The translations under genes and the position numbers were made by a program. From NCBI GenBank assembly GCA_048940645.1, contig JBHLOI010000006.1, positions 47,316 to 111,315 on the forward strand: 64,000 bases of DNA, read 5' to 3'. Below the pieces are notes generated by a model. The model worked only from the letters and a program-made list of their open reading frames with translations, was not told the DNA's origin and did not search any database. The DNA comes from Promethearchaeota archaeon (GTDB lineage Archaea > Asgardarchaeota > Lokiarchaeia > Sigyniarchaeales > SOKP01). Shown one piece after another: positions 28,399 to 37,177 of this stretch (position 1 is the stretch's first letter; each line of letters opens with the position of its first letter).

Positions 28399-30276
28399 AT
28401 GTTTAGAAAAAAAAAATTTTGTATATTAGCTTTAGGATTGATATTTCTTATTATATTAATATCAAATATTCAATATAATTCCAGAAACAGTAAGAATAAC
28501 GAAGTATATATAACTCCAAAATTATCTACAAGTTTAGAGGGCGCAGAGAATATATTAATTACAGACGTTTTACGAACCATAAACGTTAGTGGATATGATT
28601 TGGTAAATTTTAAGGACGAATTAAGGATTTTAAATCAAAATAATAACCCAATTACTTCAATATTTATTCCAATACACTTAAACGAATCAAATGATGTAAT
28701 CTTTTGTAAAGCAACTGGTGAGAGCAAGAATGCTTTGTTAATTGAAAGAGCCCATCTTGTTTTAAACGATTATGAACTAATTGCTATCTATTTTGATACA
28801 CCACTATTACCCCATCAACACACAACTATATCTTTCTACCATTCACATAAAGATAGTTTAATTTATTACACTTTACTTAATGAAGAATATCAAATTGAGC
28901 AACATATCAATATCACAGAATCTCTTTTTCCAATTTTACCTTATAAAGCAGCAGGCGGGGTAGTCCAGACACAAATAATATTCCCTGAGGCTTCTGATAT
29001 AGTGAATTATGAAAAGGTAATTGACCTTGGAATCCCTATCACCCCAACTATATTAGTATATGATTTGAGTCAAAGTGTTTATTTTGATCATGTAGACCCC
29101 TTTCTAGCAAATTTCAATAAATCTCAACAAGAGATCTTAATCACTATTCAAGACAATAGATTTTCCAAAATGGAATTCGAAAAAATCGATCGGGAAATAA
29201 ATATTTCACCATGGGGTATAATTAAAGTTAAAGAGAATTATATACTCCAAAATCTGGGAGTTATAGATATAAGTACTTTCCCTTTACACGTTCCATATAG
29301 CTCTAAAAATGTGCATGTGTATGACGATATTGGTGCCATTGGTAATCCAGTTGTTGCCTTGAAGGATAGTGAGGTATTTTTAAATAAAAAATCATTTACA
29401 ATTAATTTAGCTCAAAACAGAGTCCCATTAAAACCATTATCTAAAATTAGATTTACTGTAGAATATGTTTTAGACATATATGAATATATTTCAATAAATT
29501 GGTTTCAAGAGTCAATCCAAATCAATTTATTTACAACAACCTTTGAATGTTTGGGTAAGGAACAAACTATAAATGTGGTTATTCAAGGATGTAATAGTTT
29601 AGAATATGTGTCGCTTCCGCCTGATGCAATAATTGATGCTGGAGGTGCAAAAACTTTAGTATATTACTTTGAATTTGTAACCCCAATTGAATCTAAAATG
29701 ATTCAATTCACTTTTTCAATTGATCTCTTTGAATTATTACTCAGACCAATCATAATTTCATTAATTATTGGATTTTTGGCATCAATTTATGTTATAGTAA
29801 TTAAAATCAAAAAAGAAAGAGAAGAAAAATTTGTTACTGAAAAAGTTGAAATACCCGTAGATGAGCTTCGCGAATTTTGTTCATTACATGAAGAAAAAAA
29901 TGCTTTAGTTTTAGAAATTAGAAGAGCGGAAGAAGATGCTAAACGTAAAAAAATAGCAAAGAAAATATTCAGTAATCTTTTAAGCAAAAACACTACTAAA
30001 ATAGAGCAAATCAAACAAGAATTACTTCCGTTTAAAAAAGCTTTAATGGAAACTAGTGAAACTTTTGAAAATATTATCAAGAAATTAGATGTCTTAGATG
30101 CTGAAAGAGAAAGTGTGAATGATAGTCTAAATTTATTAGATAATCGATATAAAAGAGGTAAGTTACCCTCAAAAGCGGCTTATCAAAAACTCCTCGAAGA
30201 TTTCATGAAAAGGAGGAGACGGATTGATAGAACAATAGATAAAAATATTCAACAATTAAGAAGCTATTTACTATAA
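28399..30276 (+). CDS. Ribophorin I (OST1/RPN1) homolog
   Basis: N-terminal signal/anchor; beta-rich lumenal region with DREINISPWGIIKVKENY; TM LLLRPIIISLIIGFLASIYV; ~155 aa helical cytosolic tail. Confidence 0.8.
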   Translation: MFRKKKFCILALGLIFLIILISNIQYNSRNSKNNEVYITPKLSTSLEGAENILITDVLRTINVSGYDLVNFKDELRILNQNNNPITSIFIPIHLNESNDVIFCKATGESKNALLIERAHLVLNDYELIAIYFDTPLLPHQHTTISFYHSHKDSLIYYTLLNEEYQIEQHINITESLFPILPYKAAGGVVQTQIIFPEASDIVNYEKVIDLGIPITPTILVYDLSQSVYFDHVDPFLANFNKSQQEILITIQDNRFSKMEFEKIDREINISPWGIIKVKENYILQNLGVIDISTFPLHVPYSSKNVHVYDDIGAIGNPVVALKDSEVFLNKKSFTINLAQNRVPLKPLSKIRFTVEYVLDIYEYISINWFQESIQINLFTTTFECLGKEQTINVVIQGCNSLEYVSLPPDAIIDAGGAKTLVYYFEFVTPIESKMIQFTFSIDLFELLLRPIIISLIIGFLASIYVIVIKIKKEREEKFVTEKVEIPVDELREFCSLHEEKNALVLEIRRAEEDAKRKKIAKKIFSNLLSKNTTKIEQIKQELLPFKKALMETSETFENIIKKLDVLDAERESVNDSLNLLDNRYKRGKLPSKAAYQKLLEDFMKRRRRIDRTIDKNIQQLRSYLL

Positions 30277-30310
30277 AAATCATTATTTTTCTCTAAAAGT
30301 GAGTTCTTTT

Positions 30311-30934
30311 ATGAAACCATGGCTATTTGACATTTTAGCATGCCCTATAGATAAACATTTCCCCTTAGAATTATATATTTTTTCATTTGGAACAAAGGAA
30401 GATGAATTTCAAACATTTGTAAATAATTATAAGAAAAAAGATTTAGAAATTGTTAAAAAAGAAAGTATTCTTGAAATATTTCGAGAAAATGAGGATATAT
30501 TTATCAAAGATAATGTTATCATCGAAAAAAATCCTATTCAAAAATATCTTGAGTTAATAATTTCAAGTATTAATGAATTTGATTTTATATATGATAATTC
30601 ATCAAGTAAAGCTAGCAAAATATGTTTCAATATAATTAAAAATGAAATTAAAAAAAAAATTATAACCTATTCTAAAAATATACAGCTTGACAAGATTGAA
30701 ACATTATTGCCAGAATTATTTTTTATAAATAAAATTAAACTCGAAACTGAAATTGAGTCAGGGCTTTTATTCTGTCCAAAATGTAAACGTTGGTTTCCCA
30801 TAAGAGACAGCATCCCACAAATGCTTCCAGATGAATACAGAAATAAAAATGAAGAAATTGACTTTTTAAAATATAATAGTAAATTATTGGGAGAAAAATT
30901 TTTTAAACACGATTTAAAACCATTTAATATTTAA
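30311..30934 (+). CDS. trm112: Trm112-like methyltransferase activator with a large helical insertion (ORF track start 30299)
   Basis: MKPWLFDILACPIDKHFPL ... IESGLLFCPKCKRWFPIRDSIPQML split zinc-ribbon motif. Confidence 0.85.
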   Translation: MKPWLFDILACPIDKHFPLELYIFSFGTKEDEFQTFVNNYKKKDLEIVKKESILEIFRENEDIFIKDNVIIEKNPIQKYLELIISSINEFDFIYDNSSSKASKICFNIIKNEIKKKIITYSKNIQLDKIETLLPELFFINKIKLETEIESGLLFCPKCKRWFPIRDSIPQMLPDEYRNKNEEIDFLKYNSKLLGEKFFKHDLKPFNI

Positions 30935-30966
30935 ATTCTAATGAATTTATTTATCACATAAATAAA

Positions 30967-31039
30967 AGCCCGGTGGTGTAGCGGCCAAGCATATGGGGCC
31001 TTGAACCCCGTGACCACGGTTCGAATCCGTGCCGGGCTA
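30967..31039 (+). tRNA. tRNA-Gln(UUG), intron-less, CCA not encoded
   Basis: Cloverleaf: AGCCCGG/CCGGGCT acceptor (A1-U72), TGGGG/CCCCG anticodon stem, loop CC-TTG-AA, CACGG-TTCGAAT-CCGTG T arm. Confidence 0.92.
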
Positions 31040-31145
31040 TAATTAAAACTTTTTATTAGTAAAAAAGATTTTAAAGAAATTTAAACAAACAACGATTTTT
31101 TGCCTTAATAAAGTTTAATTTAGATGTCCTTTTTAAAAAATTAAT

Positions 31146-32096
31146 ATGAAAAGCACTATTAAAAATATTTTAAATCTTTTACGAATAAGACAGTACTATA
31201 AAAATATATTGATTTTCGTAGGTTCTTTCTTTGGTGGAAAATTATTGGACATTTCACTTTTACCACTTCTTATTTTAGGTTTTATTATTTTATGTTGCGC
31301 ATCTTCAATCAACTATATTATAAATGATATAATGGATATCGAAAAAGATAAGTTACACCCAGAAAAGCTAGAAAAAAAAGCCCTTGCTTCTGGAAAACTT
31401 TCTGTAAAGTTTGCCCTGGCATTGATAACATTCCTTTCTGCAGTTATAGTAATTTTATTAATATTTTTAATCCCAAATTTAAATTTTATCATCATGTTGG
31501 TATTAGTATTTGGAACGGGACAATTATATAATTATTTCTTTAAAAGATTTGCATTTATTGATGTTTTAGTTTTAGCATTAATTTACCTATGGCGTGCTTT
31601 AGCAGGATGCGTCTTGATAGATGTTGTTGTATCTCCATGGTTAATTTTAGCGGTATATGAAAGTGCCTTATTTTTGGTTATTGCAAAAAGAAAAGGAGAT
31701 TTAATCCTATTAGGAGAAGAAAAAGCTAAAGTACATAAAAAAATCTACAAACAATATAACATGAAATTGTTAGAACAATTCCATACGATTACTGCGGCTA
31801 CTATCTTAATAATTTATATTATGTATTTGATCTCTCAATTCTATCTATTCGAAGATTTGAGATTTTTTTATCAATACTTAATAATCTTATCTATTCCAAC
31901 TTTGTTTTATATTATTATGAGATATATGTTTTTAACCTCATCGAAACCTGAAATTGCTCGGAGTACTGAAAAAGTAATTTTTGATAAGGGAATCCTTATT
32001 GCGGGGTTATTTTTAGGTGCGATATTCTTTTTTACTTTTTATTATATTGACATAAAGCAGATTTTATATGATTTGTTTAAAATATCTTTACCTTAA
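31146..32096 (+). CDS. UbiA-family prenyltransferase, polyprenyl-phosphate phosphoribosyltransferase (DPPR synthase)-like
   Basis: LLRIRQYYKN, YIINDIMDIEKDKLHPEK, KRKGDL. Confidence 0.85.
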   Translation: MKSTIKNILNLLRIRQYYKNILIFVGSFFGGKLLDISLLPLLILGFIILCCASSINYIINDIMDIEKDKLHPEKLEKKALASGKLSVKFALALITFLSAVIVILLIFLIPNLNFIIMLVLVFGTGQLYNYFFKRFAFIDVLVLALIYLWRALAGCVLIDVVVSPWLILAVYESALFLVIAKRKGDLILLGEEKAKVHKKIYKQYNMKLLEQFHTITAATILIIYIMYLISQFYLFEDLRFFYQYLIILSIPTLFYIIMRYMFLTSSKPEIARSTEKVIFDKGILIAGLFLGAIFFFTFYYIDIKQILYDLFKISLP

Positions 32097-32140
32097 TCTT
32101 AATTTTTAGCTTGAGTCTAATACGTTTTATATTTGGAAGA

Positions 32141-33340
32141 TTATCCAATTTGTGAATCCAAATATGATACGGTTTCATAACAAATACCTAAACATCCATT
32201 CAAAATCTTATTTGAACATTTATCTGGAGTATCTCTTATAGAATGAATATATTTTGAATCCTTATCTGAATGGAAACACGCAACCTGAAAAGAACTTTTA
32301 TTTTTCTTGCTATAACGTCGAAATGAAATATAATCACCTGCTGGTTTACGGGCTTTATCATAAACTTCTAAAGGTATATTTATTTTCTGTGCGGATTGTT
32401 GAATTATTATATTTAAATTCTTATTAAGTGCTTTTTTTCTAATTAGTCCCTTTCTATTAAAGAGTCCTATATAAGTACCTACCATATCTATATTAATATT
32501 CATAGATTTGTTGAGATCATATTTATTTTTGAGATAATATTTATTTTTTTTAATGTAGTTTTTTGAACCCTTCAAGCCCCATTCTTCTGCTCCACACCAA
32601 ACAAATAATGCATCATAATTTTCAAGCGGTTTATTTTTTATTAACTTTGCTAACTCAATTAAAATAGAAACCCCACTTGCATTGTCTATTGAACCAGTTG
32701 ATTTATTAGCAATAAAGAAAAATAAAAAAGTTGGAATTACTACACTTAAAGAAATTATTGAAATAATACTAACTAGATAAATAAAAACAACATTATAAAC
32801 GGTAATTGAAAACAAATTAAGTGCTATCCAAATTGAAACAAACATATTTAGACCAATATATGGTAAGATAACAATTCGAATTATGAATAATAATGCATTT
32901 TGAACTTTATAAGAGATTCTTGAAGATACAGAATCATAATGAGCAGAAAAAATAATAACTGGTCTGTTTTTTACTCTCCTTCTAGCTTTTATGGTAGCGA
33001 TTAAGTTTTTAGATTGTTCTTTTTTTGTAAACGAGATCTTCCTAGTTTTTTGAAACATGTATTTAATAAAAAAAAAGAGTACAATTACTAAGAATAGACG
33101 AAAAACAAGTAAATATGCTAATACCATTAAATAAATAGTTTTCATTAAAAATCTTATTGGACTACTCCATGCAAAATATTCCAATTTAAAATTAATCCCA
33201 TTATCATTAAGTTCTTCTTGCATATAATTAACAGCTTTTGTTTCTCCTACCGTTGCTGCCGAGCGATCAAATGCTAAAAGATTAACATGTTTAATGGTAT
33301 CTAATTCATCAATTATTTTTTGTTCTAATACAACCACCAT
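32141..33340 (-). CDS. M28-family zinc peptidase with TM insertions
   Basis: SAHYDS, GSIDNASG, GAEEWGLKGS, NIDMVG, IHSIRDTPD. Confidence 0.9.
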   Translation of the reverse strand: MVVVLEQKIIDELDTIKHVNLLAFDRSAATVGETKAVNYMQEELNDNGINFKLEYFAWSSPIRFLMKTIYLMVLAYLLVFRLFLVIVLFFFIKYMFQKTRKISFTKKEQSKNLIATIKARRRVKNRPVIIFSAHYDSVSSRISYKVQNALLFIIRIVILPYIGLNMFVSIWIALNLFSITVYNVVFIYLVSIISIISLSVVIPTFLFFFIANKSTGSIDNASGVSILIELAKLIKNKPLENYDALFVWCGAEEWGLKGSKNYIKKNKYYLKNKYDLNKSMNINIDMVGTYIGLFNRKGLIRKKALNKNLNIIIQQSAQKINIPLEVYDKARKPAGDYISFRRYSKKNKSSFQVACFHSDKDSKYIHSIRDTPDKCSNKILNGCLGICYETVSYLDSQIG

Positions 33341-33648
33341 TTCATCTCAATTTATAATTTTATTGATCCTTTATAATGTTAATTATGTTAGAATTTGAGT
33401 AAGAAATAATTTTTAATTATATTTATCAAGATATATATTTTTTAAAAAGCAACTCAGAAAGATTAATTTTGAAATATATTGATTTTCCAATAAAAAAACT
33501 AGTTAAATATTTTCATAATACGTAAATTCTGATTATTTTTACATTACAACAAAAAAATGGTAAAACTTATAAGTTTACAAATTAACAAAAATAATTAACT
33601 ACTAATCTATTAAAAATAAAAAATCAAAAATCATTAAGTGATATAAAT

Positions 33649-35424
33649 ATGGAAATGGAAAAGAAAAATGTAGCAATCATTATTCTTGCCATAGCATTAA
33701 TCGCCTCAGGCGTAGGCAACATTATACTTGTTGTACAACCAGAATTAGTAGCTCCAACAGCAACACGGGTTGTTAAATTCGGTAACATGTATATAGCTGA
33801 GGATATTGATCCTCAATATTCCTGGGATTCCGCTTCTTTTGATGCGGAGATGATGGTCTGGGAACAATTATTCAAGAATAATTTAACTGCCCCTGCCCTT
33901 GGAGTTAATATGGAAGCATTTCCCTTACTAGCAACTGATATGGGTACTTACGATGTAACAGGAACAGAATTAACTGTTAACCTTAAACCAGGAGTTTTGT
34001 TCCACGATGGCACCCCTTGTGATGCCGATGCTGTTGTATGGAGTTTTATGAGATTATTATACTTGATGAATACCACATGGAATGGTGGTCCTCATCCTTG
34101 GGGCCCTCTACCAGGTACCGTCTTTTATAACATCCCAACTATTGTCGATTCCTTATATTATGTTGGTGGTGTTCCAATCATTGAAAATGTTGAAGCCATT
34201 ACCTCAACACAGGTAAAATTTACTTTAAGTCAACCTTATGGGGTTTTCCGTGCTTTATTAACATTTCCAGCATCATCTATCATGTCTCCTACTTCTACAC
34301 CACAATACGACTATATTAATCCTGCTTTAGTTGATACAGGTATCTGTGTTGGAACTGGTCCTATGGAAATACTAAAACTTGAAACTTATGAAGTAAGATT
34401 CAAGGCTTTTGAAAATTATCATCGACCAAGAATTGGTTTTGATGTTTTAGTACATGTTAAAATCCAAGATGGTGATGCCAGAAATATGGCAGTACTTTCT
34501 GGTGCGGTAGATATTATAACAGATCCTTTCTTCTCATACTTCCCTACAATGGATGCTGAACCAGAAGTTACTCTATTAAATACAGGTACAGTAAATTCTA
34601 TTACCCAATACATGGGTATTAATAACAAATGGTACAACATAACATGGAGAAATGTATTTTCATATGCATTTAACTATACTGGAGTAATTGATGGTATAAT
34701 GGAAGGCTATGGAGTTAGAATGAAAACACCCGTACCGCCAGGTATTAAGTATCATAACGACACATTCGATTGCCCAACCTATAATCTTGCAACGGCTAGA
34801 TCATATATGCAGAGCATGGGTTATGGAATTGGATTTACTACAGATGCAGAATGGGAGGCAGCAACTTTTCTAACTGTCAACTATACCTATAACACTGGCA
34901 ATTTAGTCAGAGAAGGTGTATACGATATATTAGAACAAGCCTTTGATAAAGTTGGAATAGTTGTAGAGGATGCGGGCATGACTTGGGAAGATTTCAAGGA
35001 CCGATTATACAATAGAAGGGTATCAAGTGCCGGCTATAATGCTATGCATCTTTGGTGGGTCGGATGGATCCCTGACTATAACGATCCTGAGAACTTTTTC
35101 AACCCATTAATGCATCCTGATTCATCCAGTAACGCTGCTCAAGTAAATGATGCTTATCTAAATGGATTAATGGCAGCAGGAATCTCTACAACTGATGAAC
35201 AGGCAAGAAAACACATTTATTGGGAGGCTCAACGATACGTCGTTGAAGATCTCAGACATTGGCTATTCGGCTACCATGGAGAGAATTTTGATACCTTTGA
35301 CAAAGACCTTAAAGGATGGGTTGGCAATCCAATCGGATATAATGATTTCTACGGAACTTACTGGGACGGAAAACTTTTACCAGGCGAATACGGATATATG
35401 GAAGATGGATATATCCCTACCTAA
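33649..35424 (+). CDS. dppA: ABC transporter substrate-binding protein, family 5 (DppA/OppA)
   Basis: N-terminal anchor; LKPGVLFHDGTP.DADAV, VGTGP, GWIPDYNDP. Confidence 0.9.
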   Translation: MEMEKKNVAIIILAIALIASGVGNIILVVQPELVAPTATRVVKFGNMYIAEDIDPQYSWDSASFDAEMMVWEQLFKNNLTAPALGVNMEAFPLLATDMGTYDVTGTELTVNLKPGVLFHDGTPCDADAVVWSFMRLLYLMNTTWNGGPHPWGPLPGTVFYNIPTIVDSLYYVGGVPIIENVEAITSTQVKFTLSQPYGVFRALLTFPASSIMSPTSTPQYDYINPALVDTGICVGTGPMEILKLETYEVRFKAFENYHRPRIGFDVLVHVKIQDGDARNMAVLSGAVDIITDPFFSYFPTMDAEPEVTLLNTGTVNSITQYMGINNKWYNITWRNVFSYAFNYTGVIDGIMEGYGVRMKTPVPPGIKYHNDTFDCPTYNLATARSYMQSMGYGIGFTTDAEWEAATFLTVNYTYNTGNLVREGVYDILEQAFDKVGIVVEDAGMTWEDFKDRLYNRRVSSAGYNAMHLWWVGWIPDYNDPENFFNPLMHPDSSSNAAQVNDAYLNGLMAAGISTTDEQARKHIYWEAQRYVVEDLRHWLFGYHGENFDTFDKDLKGWVGNPIGYNDFYGTYWDGKLLPGEYGYMEDGYIPT

Positions 35425-35468
35425 TCTAGAGGATACCAGATATACATAATTAATCAAATTAAATTATA

Positions 35469-35505
35469 TTTTTTTTTTATTATTTTTTATTATTTTCATT
35501 ATTTT
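35469..35505 (+). terminator. Oligo-T tract after dppA, probable archaeal intrinsic terminator
   Basis: T10 run followed by repeated ATTATTTT units about 45 bp after the stop. Confidence 0.45.
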
Positions 35506-35513
35506 CAGATTAA

Positions 35514-35791
35514 GACTACAAAAGAAAGAACCCCAAAGAACCAATTAAACTATTTAGAGATGGTGTTCAGATTTTTGAACAGAATGTATTAGGGATAATT
35601 TTAAAAAGTAAGAAATTAAAGAATTATTTAAAAAATATATGAAAAAGTAATCTGAATTAAATGCGGTATTAACGATTTTTGGAATCAATTCTACTGTTAA
35701 AGCTGCCAAAATTTGCACAGATTCAGTCACTTATTCGAAACCTAATAATTTTGAAGATTTGGTATTAGATCGCGGAGGTATATTGGTATGA
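35514..35791 (+). pseudogene. Probable degraded gene remnant
   Basis: Protein-like fragments DYKRKNPKEPIKLFRDGVQIFEQNVLGII... and LNAVLTIFGINSTVKAAKICTDSV...DRGGILV* in different frames; final TGA overlaps the next ATG (ATGA at 35788). Confidence 0.35.
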
Positions 35792-36645
35792 GCTCAAAAG
35801 GTTTATTTAAAAGTCCCCCACCTAAATTAAAATCATTTAAAAATGATATTGCTCCAATTGGGTTTTATTTTGATCTATTTGCCCCCGATCTATTTAAAAT
35901 TCCTGTAATGCCCGTTCCAATGAGAATTGATAAAATTTCAAACGGAATGCCCACTTTAATTATTTTTCCTAACATTATTAAATTAAATAGCTTATGTCAA
36001 CAGTTAAATCTATCTATCAACTACGAGCTATTTTTCTTTATCGGACTTAAAAATCTAATAAATTACACAAAAAAGAAATATAAAGAAATAACATATCGAG
36101 CATTAGGAGAAAATAAAGTTATAGATTGGTTTAATTATTCAAAGATAATAACCGCAGATATTTCTTATCTTACAAATGATTTTACGTTTTTAACTTCTGA
36201 ATTTCTAAAATTATATTCAAAAATTGATTTTAATAAGGATATAGAAGAATATCATCCTGAATTTATCCAATATTGCGATAGAATAATTAATTTTTTAAAA
36301 CATCGAATAGAAAATAATATATTAGAAGATGAATCTGAAAATATTATTAAAACTGAAAAATTATATGAGGAAAGGGAAAATAAATATTTTCCAAATATAA
36401 TTTCTCTAAAAATTTATAATTCTAATATAAAAAAATGGAAAACTATGAATTTCATTCCGTATTTGATATATGATGATCTGTTTGATTCATTTTCCTATAA
36501 CAAGAAATTATTAGATGGAGAAAATCATCCACTGTTTGATTTACAATTATGGAAAGAAAATAATATAATTAATAACGGATCGAAAACTAATGAATTTGAT
36601 TTTAAAAAATTTCTAAATGGTCTTAATATAAAAGATTTAAAGTAG
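35788..36645 (+). CDS. Hypothetical protein
   Basis: 285 aa ORF with GGAGG upstream; Pro-rich N-terminal motif PIGFYFDLFAP..PVPMRIDK. Confidence 0.75.
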   Translation: MSSKGLFKSPPPKLKSFKNDIAPIGFYFDLFAPDLFKIPVMPVPMRIDKISNGMPTLIIFPNIIKLNSLCQQLNLSINYELFFFIGLKNLINYTKKKYKEITYRALGENKVIDWFNYSKIITADISYLTNDFTFLTSEFLKLYSKIDFNKDIEEYHPEFIQYCDRIINFLKHRIENNILEDESENIIKTEKLYEERENKYFPNIISLKIYNSNIKKWKTMNFIPYLIYDDLFDSFSYNKKLLDGENHPLFDLQLWKENNIINNGSKTNEFDFKKFLNGLNIKDLK

Positions 36646-36656
36646 GGAATGTTAGT

Positions 36657-37112
36657 ATGAAAAAAAAAATTGAAATTGGACGACAAGCTAAATTTATTCT
36701 AGCATGTTTATTAATTCATTTTTTATACTTTGGATATATATGTAATGTATATGAAAAATCAATCGGAGAGAATATTCTCTTTTTGTATAAAGTAATGTTT
36801 AATCCCCAATCATATTTATCGCTAATTATTTTATTTGGTATTATTTTTATTACTGTATTCAGAGAAAGATTTTTTGAATATGGGATGAGAAATAGTATGT
36901 GGTTAATTCTGTTTATAATATTCGAATCCTGGATATGGTATTGGTTTATTAATGGATTTGATATTCTCATAATTTTTACATTTTTTACAAGGTATGAAGC
37001 TTATATATCAATTCTATCATTAGTAGGTGTAAATTTACTATCAGCATTTCTTGGCGCTATTTTAAAAGAAAAATATTTAAAGTATCTTGAAAAAGTTAAA
37101 ACAGTTTCCTAA
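36657..37112 (+). CDS. Small 4-TM membrane protein
   Basis: Four hydrophobic segments; RERFFEYGMRNS loop. Confidence 0.75.
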   Translation: MKKKIEIGRQAKFILACLLIHFLYFGYICNVYEKSIGENILFLYKVMFNPQSYLSLIILFGIIFITVFRERFFEYGMRNSMWLILFIIFESWIWYWFINGFDILIIFTFFTRYEAYISILSLVGVNLLSAFLGAILKEKYLKYLEKVKTVS

Positions 37113-37118
37113 TCTATC

Positions 37119-37150
37119 AAAAAAAAAAAAAAAAAAAAGAAAAGAAAAAA
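37119..37150. repeat. A20 homopolymer followed by GAAAAGAAAAAA
   Basis: Seen directly between the 4-TM gene and dppB. Confidence 0.9.
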
Positions 37151-37177
37151 ATTTTATATAGGGTGATCTAATAATCT

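Noticed and set aside
30995-31011. Alternative reading of the tRNA as Ser(UGA) with U33
   Set aside because: The shifted register gives G-G and C-C mismatches in the stem; there is no long variable arm, and A1-U72 indicates Gln
32141-33340. M28 peptidase as a GPAA1/nicalin-type ER protein
   Set aside because: It has an intact generic M28 metal site, and nothing specific links it to those eukaryotic families
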